From sequence record MT133560.1: a stretch of DNA of 64,000 bases, one strand, 5' to 3'. The position numbers and the translations under genes are program-made. The notes below the pieces were generated by a model. It saw nothing but the letters and a program-made list of their open reading frames with translations, was not told the origin of the DNA and made no database searches. Below are positions 17,281-26,935 of the stretch, one piece after another. How positions within the stretch are numbered: position 1 is the first letter of the stretch; each line of letters begins with the position of its first letter.

Positions 17281-18671
17281 TGATTACTTTTTTACCATTA
17301 GATCTAAAAGCTAAATTAGCATCTAATTACATTGTAGATGAGGATCACACACTTATTCAAGTCAATAATAAAACACATCGCGTACTTATGTGTACACATG
17401 GTGGTTTTTATACTAAGGACTTTAATCTACGTGATAAGAAGACTGGTTTATCTTTAAACAAAGATCAATATAAAACAACCTATCTTTATTCACAGTTATC
17501 TGAAATGACTGGCTTAGAAGTAATGGGTATTGTTGTAGTAACTGATCCTAATGTTAGTCCTAATGTCCAAGTTACATATAGAGCAGTTGGTGGTTTCTTT
17601 AGTATTTCAGCATTAGAACTTAAAGCTGTTTTTGATAAACTTGAATTAGATGAATTAAGTTTCACTTGGGATGATATTATTGGTAAACCCGATGCATATC
17701 CGCCTGCACCTCACGGCCATGAATATTGGCAGATTTATGGCACAGATACAATGGTAACTGAATTAAACCGAATAGCACATGCTTATCGGGTCGGTAGAAG
17801 TGCCATGGATAATGCTGCCGATGATTATTATAAAGTTTATCTCACTGATGCAAAAACCGCTGTGGACGATTATAGAGATCGAGTTACAGCACACTTAACT
17901 GATTATAATAATCCGCATGCTGATGATCGATTCAAGTTAATTCCACCGCTTGATAAGATATCCAACTGGGGTTTTGCTACTGAAGCTGAGTCAGTTAATA
18001 GAAACGTAAATAATAAATACATGCCAATTGGTGGTATTTATCGTATTCTTAATATTGATACGTTGGCTAAACTTGCAGCACATATTAAAAACTTTAATAA
18101 CCCACATGCTGTCACAGCTGACCAAGTTGGATCATATACCAAACCAGTGATGGATTCTAAAATAACTCCATTATTAGGTATTAATGAACAAGCTGCTAAT
18201 GCGACCACTATTGGTGCTACTACTAATAGTCAGGGTTATCCAGTTACTGGAACAGGTAAGGTATATCAGAATTTCTGGAATGATGTTCGAAAAGATATTC
18301 CAGCTGAAGAAGTAACTAGTGGCGTATTTAAATGGAATGCATTAGGTAAAGGTAATGCATCAATATTAAATGACCCTGAGAGATATTATCTAGCAAGCGA
18401 TGGTACTTGGCAAGACTGGGTTGAAGCTTTTAAAGAGTGGAACAAAGATAAGATTAAAGCCATTACCTTAGGTCAGGTAAATAGTGAAGCAGAAGCATTA
18501 AACACGTTAAATACGATGTTTACAGATAATACCAAATATCCTGAAGGCACTTACGCTGTTGTAGGTGTTAGAACTAATACCCCCTTTGAAGCCTATTATT
18601 ACCAGCAATATGTAGCAGTTAGAAATAATGGTACATGGCGTTGGATGATTCGAGCTGGAGCACTTGTATAA
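17280..18671 (+). CDS. gp131-family tail fibre/baseplate protein (gp135 position)
   Basis: TAATG coupling to the previous gene; two NPH repeats. Confidence 0.8.
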   Translation: MITFLPLDLKAKLASNYIVDEDHTLIQVNNKTHRVLMCTHGGFYTKDFNLRDKKTGLSLNKDQYKTTYLYSQLSEMTGLEVMGIVVVTDPNVSPNVQVTYRAVGGFFSISALELKAVFDKLELDELSFTWDDIIGKPDAYPPAPHGHEYWQIYGTDTMVTELNRIAHAYRVGRSAMDNAADDYYKVYLTDAKTAVDDYRDRVTAHLTDYNNPHADDRFKLIPPLDKISNWGFATEAESVNRNVNNKYMPIGGIYRILNIDTLAKLAAHIKNFNNPHAVTADQVGSYTKPVMDSKITPLLGINEQAANATTIGATTNSQGYPVTGTGKVYQNFWNDVRKDIPAEEVTSGVFKWNALGKGNASILNDPERYYLASDGTWQDWVEAFKEWNKDKIKAITLGQVNSEAEALNTLNTMFTDNTKYPEGTYAVVGVRTNTPFEAYYYQQYVAVRNNGTWRWMIRAGALV

Positions 18672-19273
18672 TGAATAATCCGTTATCACTCCAAGAACTA
18701 TCTTTAGCTACTGCGCCTACTGAAGATAAAGTAAAAGTACTATTAATGTTTAACCGTACTTCTGAGGTATTCCTACAAAGCGTAGGCTATCTACCTTTAG
18801 ATGCATTCGATGCTAAGTCACGTGAGCACACCATTTTTGTTGAAGCCGAAATGGGTACTTATGATGTAGTCGTAAGTAATACACCTGGTAAACAACCTAC
18901 ACTTTCTGATTGGAAGATTGTTCCTAAAGAAGAAGCGCCACAAGTAATTACTGAAGATCACTTAAATAGTAAAGTGGCCTACAAAATTACTGAACGCTAT
19001 CCAGTGACTGAGCAAATTAATATCCTTGCACGTGTAATTAAACAGCTAGCTGAAAAATATGGTCAAGAGTTAGATGAACTAGAAGAAATGCTTGATTATA
19101 TTGATCTTGTTAAACGAACTAATCGCGCGCATAAGGAGGCCCTAATTGAGAGCCCAGACGTTATCTATAAATCCAGGGAAGATCTCGACGCTGAGAAAGC
19201 ACATCGATATGCAGGTGGCCTGCATGAGCTTATCGGCCCACGAAAGATCGACCAAGGACGTGTTTTCAGCTGA
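18671..19273 (+). CDS. Hypothetical protein, possible tail-fibre assembly chaperone (gp136 position)
   Basis: Start moved to the ATG overlapping the gp135 stop (TAATG). ERYPVTEQINIL resembles the Y-P-x-x-x-Q-[LI] motif of proteins found after phage fibre genes. Confidence 0.55.
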   Translation: MNNPLSLQELSLATAPTEDKVKVLLMFNRTSEVFLQSVGYLPLDAFDAKSREHTIFVEAEMGTYDVVVSNTPGKQPTLSDWKIVPKEEAPQVITEDHLNSKVAYKITERYPVTEQINILARVIKQLAEKYGQELDELEEMLDYIDLVKRTNRAHKEALIESPDVIYKSREDLDAEKAHRYAGGLHELIGPRKIDQGRVFS

Positions 19274-19706
19274 ATTTGCAGCTGACCTTGTATCTTATCT
19301 GGATACACTGGGAGATTCCTGGTGGTTTAATCGGAAAAAAATTAATAGTATCCCAACTAAAGGTATCACTGAATGTGATTATTGGTTTTTAGGTCATAAC
19401 CAAATGCCAATGGAATTACGGGAATTACTATTTCATATTGCACCTAAGGTAGAAGGTGCTTGGTTAGGCGAAGTTCTAATCAACCGATATGAAATTGGTA
19501 CAGGTATGCCTGAACACATCGACCAAGCTGTTTATCGTTACAACATGGTTATTGCATTAAATGACAATGGCGATGGTATAACGATCAATGGTGAGTTTTA
19601 TCAGGATGTACCAGGTAGGGCTACTATTTTTCCAATCCGTTCAGAGCCACATGAAGTCCCTCCAGTTAAAAATAAAAGATACGTCCTTATATATCTCTAC
19701 GAGTAG
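19224..19706 (+). CDS. 2-oxoglutarate/Fe(II)-dependent dioxygenase (gp137 position)
   Basis: INRYEIGTGMPEHID (HxD), PGRATIFP, PHEVPPV (distal His) and KRY (2OG-binding Arg). Start chosen at the ATG with AGGTGG 7 nt upstream. Confidence 0.8.
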   Translation: MSLSAHERSTKDVFSAEFAADLVSYLDTLGDSWWFNRKKINSIPTKGITECDYWFLGHNQMPMELRELLFHIAPKVEGAWLGEVLINRYEIGTGMPEHIDQAVYRYNMVIALNDNGDGITINGEFYQDVPGRATIFPIRSEPHEVPPVKNKRYVLIYLYE

Positions 19707-19714
19707 GGTACAAC

Positions 19715-20203
19715 ATGGCAATTAAACTTAAGACTCTATCTAAGACAGAACTAAAAACATTAACAAAGCTTAAAGGCGAAGTTTCATTTAGAGACTCATA
19801 TGGCCACCGTATGCGAGTTGGCACTAATGGCCTTAAAGCATGTAGTGTTTATAATACTTCAAAATGGTTTAATTGGACTGCTAAACAGCGTAAAGAAATT
19901 AAACCAATTTTAGGCGAAGAACTATTTAACAAAGCACTACAAGTATGGTTTTTAGATTTCCCCAAAATAGATGGATTTCTAGATGAGATGAATTATTGGG
20001 TAGATAAACCCGAGTCCGGTACTATTCTTGCTTGGAATATTGGACCTGATGCTAAGTTCATTTTAGATGGTGAGGAACTATTAATTGGAAAAGGTGAAGG
20101 ATTAGTATTCCATCTATCCCAATTACATGAAGTAAAACGTTCCCATAATGGACAATCATGGATCTGTGTAATGGTACGTGGTGCTCCTGAAAAATTTGCT
20201 TAA
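19715..20203 (+). CDS. Degenerate 2OG-Fe(II) oxygenase/cupin-like protein (gp138 position)
   Basis: GEGLVFHLSQLHEV matches the distal part of the fold; the HxD is not retained (FLDEM). Confidence 0.5.
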   Translation: MAIKLKTLSKTELKTLTKLKGEVSFRDSYGHRMRVGTNGLKACSVYNTSKWFNWTAKQRKEIKPILGEELFNKALQVWFLDFPKIDGFLDEMNYWVDKPESGTILAWNIGPDAKFILDGEELLIGKGEGLVFHLSQLHEVKRSHNGQSWICVMVRGAPEKFA

Positions 20204-20212
20204 CAGCATAAA

Positions 20213-20232
20213 TCCCCTCCACATGGAGGGGA
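20213..20232 (+). terminator. Hairpin terminator
   Basis: TCCCCTCC-ACAT-GGAGGGGA just after the stop; no clear U tract. Confidence 0.65.
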
Positions 20233-20268
20233 ACTCTTACAAATTTACTCAATAGTACAGTGTACTAA

Positions 20269-21195
<927 letters not shown>

Positions 21196-21197
21196 AT

Positions 21198-21761
21198 ATG
21201 CTTAAGCTTCCAGCGAGTGATGAGCCATTTCGGGTACTAGCATTAGACCCTGGTTCACAAAACCTCGGCATAGCTATTCTGGAAGATAAGTTGGATGGAA
21301 GTAATAAGGTGGTACGTAATGCATTTACCTGCCACCTTAAAGATACAAATCCGGCATATGCTGCCATCTCCGAGGTTCATGGTAGTAGATTTACTAGAAT
21401 GCAGCAAATGAGTGATGTGGTACTAAATATACTACATACTGAAAAACCACATGCAGTTATTGTAGAGTCTAACTATCTTGGTAAGTTTGCCCAAAGCTTC
21501 GCTGTACTTGTAGAATGTGTGACCTATGTACATAGAGCATTATACGAGTATGATAGATTTATACCTTTATACATGATTGATCCTACTACAGTTAAAATCA
21601 ATGCGGGTATGAAAAAAGTAAAGGGTACTACTAAAGATGATGTTAAAGAAGCAATGCGTTCTCGTACTGACATCACATGGAACATCGATATAGATAGTCT
21701 AGATGACCACTCTATGGATGCTTGTGCGATAGCTTACTACTACCTTACTAGGATTGTTTAA
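21198..21761 (+). CDS. ruvC: RuvC-like Holliday junction resolvase
   Basis: VLALDPGSQNLGIA (catalytic D), VIVES (E), DHSMDACAIA (D-x-x-D): the RNase H-fold acidic tetrad of RuvC. Confidence 0.85.
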   Translation: MLKLPASDEPFRVLALDPGSQNLGIAILEDKLDGSNKVVRNAFTCHLKDTNPAYAAISEVHGSRFTRMQQMSDVVLNILHTEKPHAVIVESNYLGKFAQSFAVLVECVTYVHRALYEYDRFIPLYMIDPTTVKINAGMKKVKGTTKDDVKEAMRSRTDITWNIDIDSLDDHSMDACAIAYYYLTRIV

Positions 21762-21776
21762 CAATTCGAGGTAACA

Positions 21777-22283
21777 ATGTTCCTATTAGCAGGTATACGA
21801 AAAATAATTGGTAGCGTGCCATTGCATATATGGTTACTATTAGTTATTCTGATAGGTGCCTTAATTGGTATCATATATTACAAAAATAGTTATGAGACGG
21901 AACTTGTTCGCTCTACAGATTTAATTGGAAAAATTAAATCTTATGAAGCGGCAGAAAAGGTTAGGATTGAATCAGATCGTATCTCCGATAAAATTCAAGC
22001 TGAACTAATTACTAAAAAGAAAGAGATACAAAAAGAGCAGGCGCAATCACGCACTGAGGTGATTGATGAGTACATTAGTTTATCAGGTCGTGGATATACT
22101 CCACCTGTATGGCCTGAGGTTAAAGCTAAAACAACTAATGGGGAAAGCACCACTACTGAGATTAAACATGAAACTGACACAAAAAAAGATAACATTAATA
22201 AGTCTATTAATGCTATTGCTAAACGGATGTACGAGCACTACTGTGCCGCCTCCCGTGAAAATACCAGTTGCAATCCCAAGTAG
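21777..22283 (+). CDS. Putative inner-membrane spanin (Rz-like i-spanin)
   Basis: One N-terminal TM helix (IWLLLVILIGALIGIIYY), a long charged helical domain, two C-terminal Cys; overlaps a lipoprotein gene. Confidence 0.7.
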   Translation: MFLLAGIRKIIGSVPLHIWLLLVILIGALIGIIYYKNSYETELVRSTDLIGKIKSYEAAEKVRIESDRISDKIQAELITKKKEIQKEQAQSRTEVIDEYISLSGRGYTPPVWPEVKAKTTNGESTTTEIKHETDTKKDNINKSINAIAKRMYEHYCAASRENTSCNPK

Positions 22284-22530
22284 TTTACTTCTCCCTTGCG
22301 ATGTGGAAGCCCCACCTACAGCTAATGAGATCATCAATGCATTAGATAGATATAAAGCTGTTGGGGTTACTGATGAGAATGAAGCACGTTTCTTACTTAT
22401 GACCGAACATTGGCTTTTACAAACTGATGCACTTGGACTATGTAATATCCAAGTAGACAAATTGCGTGAATGGAACGAACGTCAACGTAATTTGGAGAAT
22501 AGTCATGACCCTAGAGGACGTTCTGATTGA
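22168..22530 (+). CDS. Putative outer-membrane spanin (Rz1-like lipoprotein)
   Basis: From ATG 22168: MKLTQKKITLISLLMLLLNG|C lipobox, Pro-rich linker TVPPPVKIPVAIPSSLLLPC, C-terminal helix; +1 frame overlap of 116 nt with the i-spanin. Confidence 0.75.
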   Translation: MKLTQKKITLISLLMLLLNGCTSTTVPPPVKIPVAIPSSLLLPCDVEAPPTANEIINALDRYKAVGVTDENEARFLLMTEHWLLQTDALGLCNIQVDKLREWNERQRNLENSHDPRGRSD

Positions 22531-22900
22531 GATCGATGGTAATCCTTTATCTTCTTCTAAAGACTATGGAAAGAAGATACGTACCTATTTGAATAGTGTA
22601 TTGGAAAAGGAACAACGTATAAATCTAAGTATAACTGGTGAGGAAGTACTTAGTCTAATTTATGCTATTACCGATTCAGATCTTCAATATAAAATTCTCA
22701 GCCGGGAAATTGCTGAAGTGAAGGCTAAAGATTCTTACCGTAATGCGGTATTGGTATTAGCTGGTGGCGTTACTCTTATTGGGGCATCAGTATCTACTAT
22801 GGTAGTTTTATCTGGTGCACCTATGTCAGAAGAAAGTGCCAATGTGTTAAAGACTATTGTGCAAGGTACCTTTGAATTAATAAAGATGCTTATGCAATAA
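22505..22900 (+). CDS. Membrane protein, holin candidate
   Basis: GGAGA RBS before ATG 22505; soluble N-terminus, hydrophobic AVLVLAGGVTLIGASVSTMVVLSG, amphipathic C-terminal helix. Confidence 0.5.
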   Translation: MTLEDVLIEIDGNPLSSSKDYGKKIRTYLNSVLEKEQRINLSITGEEVLSLIYAITDSDLQYKILSREIAEVKAKDSYRNAVLVLAGGVTLIGASVSTMVVLSGAPMSEESANVLKTIVQGTFELIKMLMQ

Positions 22901-22910
22901 AAACTATAAT

Positions 22911-22935
22911 AGCCTTCCTCTTCAAGAGGAAGGCT
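22911..22935 (+). terminator. Intrinsic terminator
   Basis: AGCCTTCCTCT-TCA-AGAGGAAGGCT followed by TTATA. Confidence 0.85.
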
Positions 22936-22982
22936 TTATAATGCTATGTGGATTAAACATTTTACCACTATAGAGGTTTGAC

Positions 22983-23516
22983 ATGCAGGATATCTTTCCG
23001 TATGACATGGCATCGAGGGACGCGCTAGTAAAACTTGCGCGGGATGATTTAAAAATAAACTTCAAACCAGAAACAGTTACATTTGAAGATATGTTTTTTA
23101 GTCCAACCACGATTGAGCCTGGGCGTACATTTATTGAAATGATCGACATTACTACTGACATTAAGTACATGTTAACTTACCGTCGGTTAGATTTTGCTGA
23201 TCCACGAGCTATTGGTGAAGGATCTATCCTTAAGATAGTTGGTACTTTAACACCTAAAGCAATTGCTGAAGAAATCAACCGTTCACGGGGTTGGAAGCTT
23301 GGACCAGATGATGTTTCATTTGATACAACACCAATCAATGCAACTACGGATGTTGTTCCATACACGATAGTAGCTATGTCGAGTAGTTATGCTTACTATG
23401 GCGAATGTAATATACTAATTCAACGTATTGATGATACATCAGATACTATCCGGCTATTAGAGAATGGCGCAGCACGTTATCTAGAAAATGGTCAAATCCG
23501 TTATCTAGAAAGTTAA
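22983..23516 (+). CDS. Virion structural protein (gp143 position)
   Basis: AGAGG RBS; LTYRRLDF motif; C-terminal R-x-L-E-N-G repeats. Confidence 0.7.
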   Translation: MQDIFPYDMASRDALVKLARDDLKINFKPETVTFEDMFFSPTTIEPGRTFIEMIDITTDIKYMLTYRRLDFADPRAIGEGSILKIVGTLTPKAIAEEINRSRGWKLGPDDVSFDTTPINATTDVVPYTIVAMSSSYAYYGECNILIQRIDDTSDTIRLLENGAARYLENGQIRYLES

Positions 23517-23538
23517 GTAATACCCTCAATGAACCTAA

Positions 23539-24360
<822 letters not shown>

Positions 24361-24443
24361 GATGTAGCAATAGAATGGAGTCTATGGTATCATGTGAAAC
24401 TTCCCCTCATGATAAACCACATCTTTTGCTAATGTAACTTTTT

Positions 24444-24463
24444 GAGAGTCCTTCGGGACTCTC
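24444..24463 (+). terminator. Intrinsic terminator with UUCG loop
   Basis: GAGAGTCC-TTCG-GGACTCTC followed by TTATGTT. Confidence 0.85.
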
Positions 24464-24565
24464 TTATGTTGTTGAAATATTACTCATTGGCAATAGTACA
24501 TTACTGTATGAGTCTTCTTCGAAAGACTAACATGTTAGTGTTTCTTATACAGCAAGGAAATAAAA

Positions 24566-26935
24566 ATGGCAAATGCTACAGACAAAGGCAAGATCAGTCA
24601 ACTGCCGGATCTAGCTACTCTTAATGATAGCGAGTATATTGAATTAATTCATACCGATGCAGCTGGTCAAGTCGATAACTATAAGTTTCTGCTGTCAAAA
24701 CTACAGACTGGGGCACCCGGTCTTAGTGCGTACGAGATTGCCGTTAAAAATGGTTTCCAGGGAACTGAAACCGAATGGCTTGATTCGCTTAAAGGTAAAT
24801 CTTCTTATCAAATCGCAGTCGATCTAGGCTTCGTTGGTACTGAAGAAGAGTTTATAGCATCCCTTAAAGGTGATGCTGGTAAGAGTGCATATGAAGTAGC
24901 TGTGGAAAATGGTTTCCAAGGTACTGAACAGGAATGGTTAACATCACTGCATGCAACCATGACTGCTGAACTACTCCAGACACTCTTAAATCAACAAGGC
25001 TATACAGTTAAAGATGTACTGCGTGTAACTGGTAAGAATGGTGGATTATCATCCAACGCTGCTTTCCATAACTTTGCTTTCCTGTTTGATAAGCGTCTAA
25101 ATCAAGACGACTTAACTGCTGGTGATAAAGTACCTCAGCGTATGATGGAACAAGGTCGTATGGAGGCAGAAGGTTATTCTTATCTAAAGAACGCCTCTGC
25201 ACCCACTACGCAAGGTGCATTACCCGAATTACCTGAGTCTGAAATTCGTATTTATGACAATGGTGAATTCCAGATTGGTAGTTTAACTGATTACATTGCA
25301 TTCAAGAATGACGGCAATATCCGTATTGTTGAAGGCGTTGATGAAACAATTGTTGATCTTAAGAACCTTCCTAAAAACGAAGGTATTAGTGGCGGTGTAT
25401 TCGTCAAAGATGTACAAGCAACTGATCCCAGTCAGAACGTAGGTAGTATTGTGCGTACCCCTGATGGACACAGCGTACAGTCATGCCTATCGACTACTAG
25501 TAATGTTCGGGTTATCGTTGATGCAATAACTGGACATTCTAGTTATGTACCTAGTGTTAAAATCAATAACGTAGATGCAGTTGTAACTCCTGGCGTTAAT
25601 CCACCTATGTGGATTGCTACCGCCGATATTGATCTTGGTGCACCTACTACTGAAGGTTATGCTGATATTGTTGTAGAACACGCCGATGGGGCTAAATTCA
25701 CTACTAAGGTATTAGCCGATACTCCCGCTAATATTACCAGTGCTGTATTTACTGGCGGTTATCCGTTAGGTCAAACAGAACTTAAAGAAGATGACCTTGT
25801 TGCAATTAAAGTTGTTACTGATGAAAATATAGTAGCATACGAAATTGCTGACTTTGGTGCACTGAAAGAAAGTAGTGGCACTGTTGCACCTACTAAAGAA
25901 CTAGAGGTTACTGGTCTTTACGTAGCTGATCGTGGTAATACTACTAAGGCATATGGTTTCCGTGTACGTGTTCAGAAATCAACTGGTTCATGGTCAGAAT
26001 GGTTTACTTCCAGTGATGCTGGTTCCGAAGATAAAATTAACACCATGCAGTTAAACGATCTTCGCCCAGTTGTTAATATTGGTCAAGTAACTTATCCGTC
26101 TGGTCAAAGTGCTATTAAAATAGGTGAAACTGCTACTGTTGCCAATACAGTATCTAATGCTGATAGTGTGGTTTATTCCTCACCAAATGATCAGCTCACT
26201 ATAACCAGTGCAAATGAAGCAGAAATTGCTAAGGTAGTTACTTATAAGTCAGGTACTTATAACGACAGCACTAATAACCTATTAATTACTGCTAAACGTG
26301 CAGCTAACGGTAGTATAGCTACTGCTACTACTGTTGTAGCTATTGCAAATGCGGCTCCTACTGCAACGGTTACCTATCCAGCAGCTCGCCTTCGCTCAGG
26401 TGGTAACTTTGGAACCCAAGTACAAAGTCATGTCATTACTTTAACCTCTACTCAGAAACTAAGTGCAGCTCCGGCCATGAATGCGCCTGGCGGTAAGTGG
26501 GCTACTGAGGATTGGAAATCTGATGCCACTGGTAAGGTATGGACACGTGCATTACTAGTACATGACGATGATCCTAAAGGAACCTACGATTTTAACAGTG
26601 TGGTTCTAAAAGGTTTAGCTGGTGTTGAAGCTAATAGTGTAAATGGTGGTACTTATGTACTAGGTGGATTTGTATTCCGCACTCTAAGTGTGGCTGCTTG
26701 GCCGAACCGTGAAACTGATATTGGTACTGAAGTAACCAATACTGGTAAACTACGTTGCAGTAACCTATCTAAAGGTTCTACTGGTAGCTTAAACTTCACT
26801 TATAAGGCGGATGATGCAAATCAAGTTGACACCTACACCATCAAGGATGGCAATAAGTGGTATAACTGTGACTCAGCAAACGCTGTGTCCAACACCACTG
26901 GACTGATGAAAATCGAACTTGAGGAAGTAGTATAA
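24566..26935 (+). CDS. Fibre-like structural protein (gp145 position) with three SAY-x-x-A-x-x-x-GF-x-G-x-x-x-EW repeats
   Basis: KISQLP N-terminus, three collagen-associated repeats, T/V/A-rich beta-sandwich-like C-terminal half. Confidence 0.75.
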   Translation: MANATDKGKISQLPDLATLNDSEYIELIHTDAAGQVDNYKFLLSKLQTGAPGLSAYEIAVKNGFQGTETEWLDSLKGKSSYQIAVDLGFVGTEEEFIASLKGDAGKSAYEVAVENGFQGTEQEWLTSLHATMTAELLQTLLNQQGYTVKDVLRVTGKNGGLSSNAAFHNFAFLFDKRLNQDDLTAGDKVPQRMMEQGRMEAEGYSYLKNASAPTTQGALPELPESEIRIYDNGEFQIGSLTDYIAFKNDGNIRIVEGVDETIVDLKNLPKNEGISGGVFVKDVQATDPSQNVGSIVRTPDGHSVQSCLSTTSNVRVIVDAITGHSSYVPSVKINNVDAVVTPGVNPPMWIATADIDLGAPTTEGYADIVVEHADGAKFTTKVLADTPANITSAVFTGGYPLGQTELKEDDLVAIKVVTDENIVAYEIADFGALKESSGTVAPTKELEVTGLYVADRGNTTKAYGFRVRVQKSTGSWSEWFTSSDAGSEDKINTMQLNDLRPVVNIGQVTYPSGQSAIKIGETATVANTVSNADSVVYSSPNDQLTITSANEAEIAKVVTYKSGTYNDSTNNLLITAKRAANGSIATATTVVAIANAAPTATVTYPAARLRSGGNFGTQVQSHVITLTSTQKLSAAPAMNAPGGKWATEDWKSDATGKVWTRALLVHDDDPKGTYDFNSVVLKGLAGVEANSVNGGTYVLGGFVFRTLSVAAWPNRETDIGTEVTNTGKLRCSNLSKGSTGSLNFTYKADDANQVDTYTIKDGNKWYNCDSANAVSNTTGLMKIELEEVV

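Noticed and set aside
24361-24565. 205-nt gap after the endolysin as an sRNA or the 60-aa ORF 24442-24624
   Set aside because: Explained by a terminator, a TATG at 24517 and the next RBS. The ORF starts at TTG, runs through the terminator and has no RBS. A small RNA cannot be excluded without data.
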